Shown: in pieces, positions 27,811 to 38,985 of the stretch
How positions within the stretch are numbered: position 1 is the stretch's first letter
Layout of the letters: each line of letters begins with the position of its first letter
Source: Octopus vulgaris
Lineage: Eukaryota
Direction of reading: 5' to 3'
Length of the DNA stretch: 64,000 bases
Assembly (NCBI GenBank): GCA_951406725.2
Contig: OX597820.1
Coordinates: 19,654,001-19,718,000, forward strand
The notes under the pieces: generated by a model
What the model was told of the DNA's origin: nothing
The model's input: only the letters and a program-made list of their open reading frames with translations
The model's database searches: none
Translations under genes and position numbers: made by a program

Positions 27811-27951
27811 TGCTGTTTTTTACTGCATCAGTCATTTCAAATTTAAGTTTTCATTCTGGTGTTTTGTAAATATTTTTGTGTTGAAGCTGTAATGTATTGA
27901 CTTTGCAACAGTGGGTGTTTTCTGTATGTATATATTGACTTGTATTGACAG

Positions 27952-28120
27952 CCCGCAGTGGCCTCCGCAGGTGGCTGCTCTGGTGCTGGAAAGAAAGTAC
28001 TCTGATCTGATAATTGACTCATGTAAAAACGAGAATTATAGAATTCTTTTTTGGAGCCCCGGGTTGCAGTTGCAGGAATGCCTGCAAGTTGCAAGGAAAT
28101 TGCTCAGGGAGGGATTGTAA
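27952..28120 (+). CDS. Putative uORF microprotein, 3' exon part (PQWPPQVAALVLERKYSDLIIDSCKNENYRILFWSPGLQLQECLQVARKLLREGL*)
   Basis: Non-repetitive block, more GC-rich than its flanks, after acceptor TATTGACAG (AG 27950-51); phase-2 entry; globular-looking peptide; stop TAA at 28118-20. Confidence 0.5.
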
Positions 28121-28184
28121 TGGTTTATAGCCTCCAATTTGTGTATAAATTGTGTTTTATAATTGTGAGGACTTTTTAGTCCAA

Positions 28185-28265
28185 ATGTATTGCATTTTAA
28201 ATTGTAAGAGGGTTAATACCTCTGCATATGCATTTTTAAAGAACAATGTTTTAGAGAAGCAGAAG
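28185..28265 (+). CDS. BCL9: Probable first coding segment of BCL9 (MYCILNCKRVNTSAYAFLKNNVLEKQK)
   Basis: ATG at 28185 is open to the donor AAG|GTCAGC (28266) in phase 0, matching the acceptor phase at 35951. The Kozak context is weak (C at -3). Part of a putative exon 27952-28265. Confidence 0.5.
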
Positions 28266-30065
28266 GTCAGCAGGCGCTTTCTGTCTTCTCCCATCTTTAT
28301 CATTTTTGTATCATAATTATTTGCCTCATCAATGTCTGTGTCCAGCCTGCAAAGCTACCTTATCTATATGCTGCCTACATGGCAAATTTAATGAATGTAT
28401 GCATGTATTGTGTGTGTGTGTTTGGTGGGGTCATTTTTTTTACTGAGACAATTGCATGTGTACTACATAGAATGGACTCTAGGAAAAATCTTCCATATTT
28501 TCGTCACCCTGCTAAAACTTGATAGTCATCATCATCAACCCCTAGATGCCACTTTCTCAAGTCCGAGGACTCGTAAGGCCTGCTTATCCGGTTTCTATGA
28601 CCTAAAAGTTGCCGCGCTCACGACCGTTCTCTCTGAACGGGTTGGTGGTCCATCAAATGGTTACTTGTTAACAGCTGAGTGGACTGGACCAATACAAAAT
28701 AAGGTGGTTTGCTCAAGAATATAATGTACTACCAGGTCTGGGAATTGAAACCACAATCTTGCAATCATGAATGCAACACCCTAACCACTAGGCCATGCAT
28801 AGTCATACAGCTAGAATTTGCTAAACATTAATTAAAAGCACTCCTTTCTTTATTTTCTTTTAATTCTTTTTTCTCTCTTTTTTTTTTCTTTGTGCCTTGT
28901 AACTCCTACTTTCCAAAGTTCCTACATAAACAGTTGGCAATATAACGAAGTATAACAATAATTACAGGTACAAATGTGAAATTTCTGAATGCATGTGTTT
29001 CAAAAGGAAGTCTTTCATAGCTGTCAAGTTTCCCGAAATTAACATAAAACCATGTTTAAATTCAATTTCTACCAAACATCAGTTCTTTTTTTGTTGTTGT
29101 TGTTGTTTTCTACTAACTCTTTATAACATCCATTATATCTGTTCATCATCATCATTATCATTATTAGATTAAGTACTTTAGATTACAGACTATTATTGCT
29201 TAGCTCCACCTCCCACTATCACCAGTACCATCATCATCATTGTCTCTTTGCCTTTCCTAAAAACATTACAGATGCTATACCAAAAAATCATTTCTATCAT
29301 CGTTCTTTGACATTGGTAGGAATCAATATTTTAAACTTTTTTTTTTTTTCTGGTGTCTTTTTCCTTTTTTTTTTTTCTTTTTCTTTTTTTAAATTACACT
29401 CGACAAGGAATCTAGAGGAAAAATACCAATCTGAAATTTTAATTCAACTTCTTTTTTTTTTCTTCTTTTTACATCCTCAATAGTAAATTTTTGAGATTGT
29501 GAAATAAACTTAAAGCTTGCTTGATGGAAAACACATGTCAAATTTAAATGACTTTGAGACTCCCCTCCTCCCACCTCTTATTTTTCATTCCTAATTCTGA
29601 GATATATATATATATATATATATGTATGTATATATATTTTTTTGATTTATTTATTTAATTATTTGGTTCTCTTCTACATTTTAATATCTGCGTTAAGTAT
29701 CATAACTGTGATGAAGATCAAAACTGCTCTTTTCGCCTGTATCTTTTGTAATTATTTCATTTCATTGGCTTTTCAGAAATCTCAAATAATTTTTTAATAT
29801 ATTTTTTTTATTTATTGATTTCTTTGTAATATCAGTATTTTAGTAAATTAATCCTTTCAACAAACTCCAGGTAGCCATAGAACTGATGCTTAGCTCTATT
29901 CTCTCTGTATATTATTACGGCAATTAGAGCACACGAAGCTAGTCTGTTGCCAGTAACTTTCGAAGATGATTCTGTGTCTTATTCTTTCAATACTACTTCC
30001 CCTCTGAAAGGATCTTTGTCTTGCAAATTACTTGGTAGCCCCACTGATGCTGGTGTCACATAAAA

Positions 30066-30338
30066 AGCATATGGTGTAGTGGTTAAGAGCACGGGCTACT
30101 AACCCCAAGATTCTGAGTTCAATTCCAGGCAGTGACCTGAATAATAATAATAATACCAACAACAACAACATTGAAAAATACCTTAGGAATGAGAACCCAG
30201 GTTTGAAATTTCCCCAAGACATCTGATGAAGGCTGGAAGGTATATCAGCTGAAACCTGTTAACAACAAACAAGATGAGGACAAATATCCGTCAAATGTAA
30301 ATAATATAAATAATTCCTCATCTCTTAAATATAGAACT
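30066..30338 (+). mobile_element. tRNA-headed element with a Penelope-like, hammerhead-containing tail
   Basis: A-box TGGTGTAGTGG (30072), B-box GAGTTCAATTCC (30115), CTGATGA-stem-GAAA at 30223-54; its tail is related to 17776-17892 (-). Confidence 0.6.
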
Positions 30339-32180
30339 TGAAAAAACATCAAGTCATCTCTGTAAAGTGGTTGGCATTTAAGAAGGGCATCCAGCCATAA
30401 AAACCTTGCCAAAGCAGACCTTACTGGTGCTGGTGCCACATAGCCCTCTCTGTAAAGTGGTTAGCACTAGGAAGGGCCTCGCTAATGTTGGTGCCATGTA
30501 AAAAGCACCCAGTACACTCTATAAAATTACTTCTCCAGCTGGATGCCCTTTCTAATGCCAACCATACCATAACAGACAGTGGGGCTTGGTGCAGTCCTCT
30601 GGCTTGCCAGCGCCTGTCAAACTGTCCAACCCATGCCAGCATGGATTACAGATGTTAAATAATGATGAGAGTGAACTGTGGCTGTACATGGAGTAAATAA
30701 CAAAGAGGCATCATATCCTGAAATGCAAATCATTATCATCACCACATGTCCGTTTTCCATACTGGCATGGGTTGGACGGTTTGCCTGGAGCTGGCATTTA
30801 TTTTATAATTAATTTTTCCCATGAATGTCAGGCTTGTGAACAGTCCCCATCTTACTCGACAAACTTATGAGCTCCTGGGGATCCACAGCCCCCATCCCCA
30901 CCCATTCGCAACTGCTATTCTAAAATATTACTGGTACATCATCATTCTAGTAATTCTGTCTTTGTTCAGTAATTTTGTCTTTAACAGAATTCATTCTGTG
31001 TCTTTTTTACTGTATTTTTCTCTCACACACAAATGCAGACATACACTGCAAACTTTTTATTTATTCATCTACCTTCGCTGTGTTTTCTAATTATTAGTAA
31101 TGAACCAGTTTTGTTTATTTAGGTCTTTTTTTTTTTTCCTTTTAAATTGTTTATTGTCTGAAGAACCAAAGATAATAAATTAAGCAAAGAACCGCATGAC
31201 AGAGGTGTTTACTCTTCTTGTCTCAGCGAAATGAGTTGTGTTAGTTTCTGTCCATCATTTTATTGATGGTAATTCTCACATGTACACAACTTTGAAATAA
31301 TAATAATAAACGTATTCACTCTCATCTTTGCTGTTTTTTTCGACATGTTTTTAAGAGCTGAAAGAACTAATCTAGTTTTGGGTTACCAAGAAATCTAACG
31401 CTGGCACTGTATTTTTCTTGGTTTGCATTTTGGTTGCATTGGATTCTCTGTCATTCTGTTTCTGCAGAAAACAAGAAATTTGTCCAGTTTTTCTTTTGTA
31501 TCAAATTAATTTTATATTTCATAAAGCTTTTTTGTCTTTCTTTCATTTCTTAAGACTTAAATAGCTACAGGGGTCAGAAATCAAAGTCAGACTTAATTTT
31601 TTTTTTAATTACTCAGATAAGATTGTTCGCTTTTTTTTTTATTACTATTTAATATTTTTTTTTAAAGTTTCATTTTAAAAAGAAAAAAAAGTCAGTTTAT
31701 AATTTTGTTTTATATTTCAAACTAAAAAGGAAGGAACAGTTCATTAAACCCTTCAGCATTTGAACAGACCATATCCGGCCCCGTTTTATGTTCAAACCAG
31801 TCAGATCTAGCCTCTTACAGCTACAGTGTCATTCTAAAATTAAACCATCATGTCATTTAAATCTCAAGCTATGAGATAATGCACGATTAAAGAGTTAAAC
31901 CCGATATACTTTTTCATTGGTTTCTGTGATTCGTCTCTGGCCATGCTGGATCACATTCCAAACATACCCCCAGTTCTGAAGTATCTGTTGATTTCTGAGT
32001 GTTCATTTATCAACATGAACCAAAGTGAATTTGAAAGAATTAATTAATTTATTTAGGAATTGAAACCATTGCATCACATCTGTATCTTTAACATGAAGGG
32101 CTGAAAATCTGGATAACTGAGTTAATAGCATAAAAGACTCAATCTAAATCATTGGTTTGTTGTCATTTGGAAACTCCCTC

Positions 32181-32648
32181 TTAACCCTTTTGATACCAAC
32201 CCGGCTGAAACCAGCTCTGGCTCTCAGTACAAATGTCTTGTTTTCATAAGTTTTGAATTAAAATCTTCCACCAAACCTTAATCACAATTTATGTTCTTAT
32301 GATAACTAAGTTATTTTACTAAATTCTTTGTTATATTTAAAATTAATTGAAAGAAACACAGAGCATCTCAATAGAAATATGGTAACAAAAGGGTTAAAAT
32401 ATATAATAGAGAAACAATACTTAACCCTTTTGTTACCAACCCGGCTGAAACCAGCTCTGGCTCTCAGTACAAATGTCTTGTTCTCATAAGTTTTGAATAA
32501 AAATCTTCCACCAAACCTTAGTCACAATTTATGTTCCTAACACTAGCTGAATGATAACTAAGTTATTTTACTAAATTATTTGTTATATTTAAAATAATTG
32601 AAAGAAACACAGAGCATCTCAAAATAAATAGAATAATGAAAGGGTTAA
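32181..32648 (+). mobile_element. Tandem pair of piggyBac-type MITEs (TTAA-CCCTTT...AAAGGG-TTAA)
   Basis: Units 32181-32397 and 32421-32648, each with TIRs and TTAA flanks. Confidence 0.85.
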
Positions 32649-33347
32649 TAATCTTGATTGATCAGACCTGTGATAAAAGAAATGTACCAACTTTGGCCAT
32701 TCCAAGAAGTAGCAACCAAATCTTCCTCAAATGTTTTTACTACTATTCTTCAAAAATAGTTTAATTATACAGGATAAACTGAAATGAAGGCATAGGTTTC
32801 TTCTTTGTGGTTCGGAAAGATATTAGCGCCAATATAAAGGGTTTGTTTCTGTTGCAGAGATTTCGCTGAGAAAGAAGATAACTCTCAACCAAGTTGCTTT
32901 GTTTTTCAAATTCCTCTTCTCTCACTCACTCACTCCACTCTCCCTCTCTCTTTCTCTCTCTCTCTCTATCTGTCTATCTCTTCCTCGCACTCTTTCGCTC
33001 TCACTCTTTCACTCACACCATCACAACATTGGGTATTATCAATTAGCCTTGAAGCAATCAATCTTTTATTTTCAACCCCTCCTCATCCTTCTCCTTTCAT
33101 TTCTCTCTCTCTCTCTCTCTCTCTTCCCCTTTCTCCAATCCCCATACTTGCACCTCGCCCCCTTCCCACCACTAATTATTTGTTTTCAAGTCGTGTGTGT
33201 GTGTGTGTGTGTGTAAGTGTATAAAATTTCAGAGTTGACCATTGATTTTATTCTAGCCTTTAACTGCAGTTCTTCATTGATTTCAACAAAGCTTCGAAAT
33301 ACTTCCTCTCAATCAATCGTGTGTGTATGTGTGTGCTTGTATCTATC

Positions 33348-33399
<52 letters not shown>

Positions 33400-34378
33400 C
33401 ATATATATACATATATATATATATATACATATATATACATATATATAGAGATAGATAGATAGGTAGTGTTTCCACATGCATGTGTGTATGTATGTATGTA
33501 TTAACTGTACACCCCCTCTTTCTCTCCCCCCACCTCCCCGTCTCTCTCATTCTGTATGTGTTTTTTGTAATGTTGTTTGGGGTTAAAAGTGAGTGATTTG
33601 CAAGTATTAGCATATTGATTGAGACTCTGTCGTGAAACAACCTATTCTGGTTGTGTTAAATTTTTTATTTTCTTTCATTCTTTTTTATTCTTAATTTCCC
33701 CCCTAGTTTTTTTGTTTTTTTTTTTAAATCAATTTCTCTACCATTCATTGTAGGCTAGTTTACATATAAGCAAGTTGGAATATTGGAGAATATAAATGAC
33801 ATGTAGCTGTAGAATACTCTCTCTCTCTCTCTCTCTGTCGTTTAATATAAGTCTTATGCTAAATAGAAACAGTTGCAGGTACATCTTTTGCCCTGATTTT
33901 ATTTTAAAGGGAGAAGGGTGCCCTTTTTTTTTTTTTTTTTTTTTGTATACCCTGCTGGCTTTCTTGCCAAGCGCATGTTGTTCGTGTATATGTGTGTGTA
34001 GTTTGGAGTGGGTCCTGTGAAACTAATGAACACAGATAGACTGTGAGGCTAGCAGCCAGCTGCTGTCTCCAGCTTTTTACAATCAATACAACAAACCTTC
34101 TTTAACTGCCACTCTTCCTCTTTGCTCTATCACTATTTCACTTGGCTTCACTATGTGTGTATCCTTGTATGTGTGTGTGTGTATCCTCAAATTGACTACA
34201 TATATCTATATATATATATAATCTATGTATGTGTGTGTGTATGTATATATATATATAGTCTGCATGTGTGTGTGTATGTATATATATAATCTGTATGTGT
34301 ATGTATGTATATATATAATCTGTGTGTATATATATATAATCTGTATGTGTGTGTATGTATATATATAATCTGTGTGTG

Positions 34379-34418
<40 letters not shown>

Positions 34419-34612
34419 GTGTGTATGTGTATGTATATATATATAATTTGTATGTGTGTGTATGTGTATGTATATATATATAATCTGTATGTGTGTGCAT
34501 GTATATATATATAATCTGTGTGTGTGTGTGTGTGTATATACATGTAATCTGTGTTTGTGTATAGATTATAATTTGTCAATTAGATATGAAGATATTTATT
34601 AAAAATAAACAC

Positions 34613-34985
34613 AGTGGCTGTGTGGTAAGTAGCTTGCTTACCAACCACATGGTTCTGGATTCAGTCCCACTGCATGGCACCTTGGGCAAGTGTCTTCTAC
34701 TATAGCCTCGGGCCGACCAAAGCCTTGTGAGTGGATTTGGTAGACGGAAACTGAAAGAAGCCCGTCATATATATGTATATGTTTGTGTGTCTGTGTTTGT
34801 CTCCCCAACTTCGCTCGACAACCGATGCTGGTGTGTTTACATCCCTGTAACTTAGCGGTTCGGTAAAAGTGACCGATAGAATAAGTACTAGGCTTACAAA
34901 GAATAAGTCCTGGGGTCGATTTGCTCGACTAAAGGCGATGCTCCAGCATGGCCACAGTCTGAAACAAGTAAAGGAGAGTAAAGAG
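34613..34985 (+). mobile_element. SINE family B, near full length
   Basis: Colinear with the 7252-7641 copy. Further copies lie at about 1150-1360, 6655-6942, 18580-18945, 43097-43420 (+) and 13705-14045, 19972-20360, 55746-55935 (-). Confidence 0.85.
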
Positions 34986-35950
34986 TTGCTTTGTTCTTAC
35001 AAAAGAAGAGAGGCTATTTTTTCAACTTAATATGAAATCATGTACGATTTTTCTTTTTTTTTTTTTCCTTCTTAAGAAATTTGTTTATGATTACTGTTGT
35101 ATGCTGAAGAAGTTTGCTTATCTTATGACATGGTTCTGGGATCAGTTTCACTGTACACACACACTGCCTGTGGCAAGTCAGTTTTGGTGGGATGAAAACT
35201 GCATTGAAGCCCGTGTCTGTTCTTAATACAACATCACCGCTGCCACAGCCACCACTTTTCTTTGAGTGTGCTTCATAGTGGGGTCGAATCTGTTGCAAGA
35301 ATTTGGGCCAAGTCTTTGTGGTCTGAATGTTACCCACATGAATGTTACGGGCAATACCGCAGACACTGCAGTATTTCAATCGGGGAGTAAATTTTAATTT
35401 CAATTTTAATAATAAAAGGGGTGATGATGATGATAATGATGAAAAGGGTAAAATTGATTAATTAATAATTTTACCAAGATGGAGACTGAAAGAAGCCCGT
35501 CATACATATGTATATGTACATATATATGTCTGTGTGTATATGTTTGTGTGTCTTTGTCTTGACATCTCGTGGTTGTTGTAAATGAATGTCGTTCACTTCC
35601 AATATTCTGCTGAAACCTGTCTGGCCATATGGGAGAGGGGGTCGGGATATTACCTTGCGCTTGGCAACATGAAGGGCATCTGACTGTAGAAAATCTGACT
35701 CAAACTCTTTCTACCCATGCAAGCATGAAAAAAGCATACATTAAAGCTATGATGATGGTGGTGGTCATGATACTGATGATGGGTGAAGTGCTTGGTCCAA
35801 ATTTTGGTTTATTTTTTTATATTTATTAATGTTTTTTTGCCCCTTTTGCTCAGTTTTTTTTAATGATTTTTTTTTTTCTCTTAAGTAATGCCATTCCATA
35901 AATTTAGTACATTTGTTTTACATTTTTCTTTTTTGTCTTTTTATTTTCAG

Positions 35951-36236
35951 AGTCAAGAGAAAGACGACTCTGAGGGAAAGTCTGCCACTGTAGACAAGGA
36001 AGCCAGCATCATTCAAGACAACCCAGAGATCTCGGCTATGCTTAAAGAAAATGCAAGTGCAGTGGCAGCTGGTGGAGGAACTATAAACCATGATATTAAT
36101 GGTACCAATACAATAAAATGTGAGGCAGTTGATATAAAAGAGGAAATGAAAGATGTCATTCCAAAATCCAAAGATGGTGGGACCCCAGCCAGTACTAAGG
36201 CATCTCCTAACTCGCTCACCAATGGCAGTAATACCG
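35951..36236 (+). CDS. BCL9: BCL9 N-terminal coding exon (SQEKDDSEGK...LTNGSNT)
   Basis: Long polypyrimidine tract ending TTTTCAG, donor G|GTTAGT; phase 0 to phase 1; coding-like composition; frame-compatible with the downstream exons. In-frame ATG at 36038 (MLKEN) is an alternative start. Confidence 0.85.
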
Positions 36237-36498
36237 GTTAGTAATGTACACTAAATTTCACCTTAAAATGGTGTTGAGGATGATGATGATGATGATGGTG
36301 ATCAACTTTGATAAATTTAACAGGGGAGGTTTTTTGCTGCCGATTAATAAAATCGTCATAGTTGCTATTTAGTCCAAACTCTAAAACGAATGCTTGTTTT
36401 CTCAAAATTGGTTCGTGGGACCTATGTAGAAAACCACTGTCAAGGAACATCTTCAAATTATTGATTGCTACATACATATATATATATATATATATATT

Positions 36499-36694
36499 CT
36501 TTATTTAAAAGCAGCAGAAATTTAACAAAAGCTGTTACTCGGAGTTTCACGTTCCCATTCGTCAGGACGAGAAACTCCAAGTAACAGCTTTTGTTAAATT
36601 TCTGCTGCTTTTAAATAAAGCATATTCCTCTACCTCTGGTATTTGAGTACTCTTTTTTCCACCTTGTTTCACATTTATATGTGTTTACTCCGGT
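36499..36694. mobile_element. Penelope-like terminal remnant with inverted duplication, inserted in (TA)n
   Basis: 50-bp inverted arms 36499-36548 and 36571-36620 with 1 mismatch; minus-strand CUGACGA...GAAA hammerhead core; (TA)n on both sides. Confidence 0.6.
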
Positions 36695-38148
36695 ATATAT
36701 ATATATATATATATTTATAATTCATTTGGAGTAAAGAAAAATATGAATTCCATTAAATCTTATAATTTTAGAATAGTTTGGAATATTTTTGTGTCTGAGC
36801 AGATTATTGTTACAAATAGACTCGTATTTAATGGGGAATGGTTGGTTGGCATTATTTCTAGCAGTGTCAGCAATAAGACAAACTTTTCCTTCCATCTGAT
36901 CTGTTTACAGATCAGATGATACACACACTATGTTGCTGATCCATTTTTACTAGATTTTCACTTTTCAAATTCTCTTTAAATTAGCCTTTAGCATCCTTAA
37001 TCGGATCGTGTTTCCCTACAAGTTTTCTCCCCTGCAGCTGCACACACATTGTGTCACATTGAGAGGGGAGAAGACTCTTATAGCAACATGATTTGCCTAC
37101 AGCATGCTAAAGGTTAGTCACTCATGCCAACAGTAGAAAATATTTGAGGGAGGGAAAGAAAAAAACATGTTTTGTGGCATTTGTTTTGGCATTCTGAGAT
37201 AAAATGTTGTGCAAGGTTCTGTCTTTCGTTCTTTCAGGCTTGATAAAATAAATCCCAGTCAAGTACTGGGTTGGTTTAAATCTCTCTCTCACACACTCAC
37301 TCAAACAAATTCTGACCATGCACCTCACATTAGAAATAATTATCAAGTTGTGAATTAATTATCACAGAGTTGTTATTCAAACTGAAGTGAAGTAAAAGTT
37401 AGATCTTACCTCTCCTGATATCCATCTGCCTGAAACTACCCCTAGTTCTATTATACAAAACTTCATATTTTAAAGTGATTTAAATTAAAAACTTCCATCA
37501 GAATTTCATATTAATTTTATGTTCCAAACACCAGCTCAACAACAACAAAATTATTTTACTAAATTCTGAATTGTTTTCAAAACTTAATTGAAACGAAGGT
37601 ATCGTACTTCATTACAAATTTGATAATGAAAGGATTAATGGTGATAAGTCCAAACATAGTATTGGTGATTAACGATATTAATTGTCCGTAAGAGGGTAAT
37701 CAATTAAAAACATGTCTTTTTTGTTTTCTTATTTCTCCATTTTAATCCAGTTAACTATATAATCAAAAGAATAGCTATTTTTAAAGATCTCAGAATAATT
37801 TTCATAAAATTGGGAGCTTGACCCTTTAGCAATTGAACTGATTATATCCAGTCAAAATATTCTACCCTTTTTATGTTCAAAGCAGCCAGATCCTGCTTCT
37901 CGCACCTACCCTACAATGTCATTCTAAGAATAATTACATTATCAAAATCATGAAGCTACGGGATAAAGCATGATTGATTCATAAAAATTTCAATAAGCAT
38001 TACATTTGTTTGTATGGTAAAGGATTAAGGTGTTAGAATATAGACAGGGGCTTTTGAATTGTGTCCCTCAACATAATAGATCATTTGGGAGTTTAGCCCT
38101 TTAGCATTCAAATCAAATCAAATCTATTGGCAGAAGAGCACAATGTGC

Positions 38149-38618
38149 TTAACCCTTTTGTTACCAACCCAGCTGAAATGGCTCTGAGTACAAATGTCTT
38201 GTTTTCATAAGATTTGAATTAAAATCTTCCACCAAACCTTAATCACAATTTATGTTCCTAATACCAGCCTAATGATAATTAACTTATTTTACTAAATTCT
38301 TTGTATATATTTAAAATTAATTGAAAGAAACACAGAGCATCTCAACAGTGGTAACAAATGGGTTAAAATATATGATTGAGAAACAATTCTTAACCCTTTC
38401 ATTACTAACCCAGCTGGAACCAGCTCTGGCTCTGAGTACAAATGTCTTGCTGTCATAAGATTTGAATTAAAATCTTCCACCAAACCTTAGTCACAATTTA
38501 TGTTCCTAATACCAGCCTAATGATAACTAAGTTATTTTACTAAATTCTTTGTTATATTTAAAATTAATAGAAAGAAACACAGAGCATTTCAACAGAAATA
38601 TGGTAACAAAAGAGTTAA
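38149..38618 (+). mobile_element. Tandem pair of piggyBac-type MITEs
   Basis: Units 38149-38366 and 38390-38618, same family as the 32181-32648 pair. Confidence 0.85.
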
Positions 38619-38649
38619 GCCATGTAAAAAAGAAAAACAGTAAATGTTA

Positions 38650-38985
38650 TATACAGTTTTACATATAGTCGCCACAAGTTGTCCAGAGCCTCTTTGAACA
38701 AGGGAGTAGTGGGCAGTTGAATGACATCTTGTGGTAGCTTGTTCCACGGAGCTGCAATATGGATGGAGAATGCAGCCTTCCGCCTGTTGAGTCAAAAGTG
38801 TCCAGGATAGAGTTTGCGATCATACCCACAAAGACTCCTATCCGGTGCAGGGGTGAAAAATTCTGCAAATGGTAGGTTTACATTCCTTTTGAAGATGTTG
38901 ACAGCCAGTACGAGATCTCCCCGCATCCTCCATCATTCGAGTGAAGGTCATGCCAGCCATTGGAGACATTCCTTAGACAACCCCA
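38650..38985 (-). mobile_element. CR1-clade LINE ORF2 C-terminal fragment (pseudogenised)
   Basis: Minus-strand translation PSLE*WRMRGDLVLAVNIFK...GYDRKLYPGHF*LNRRKAAFSIHIAAPWNKLPQDVIQLP...FKEALD matches the CR1 RT tail motif; both stops are TGA, consistent with CGA decay. Confidence 0.75.
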
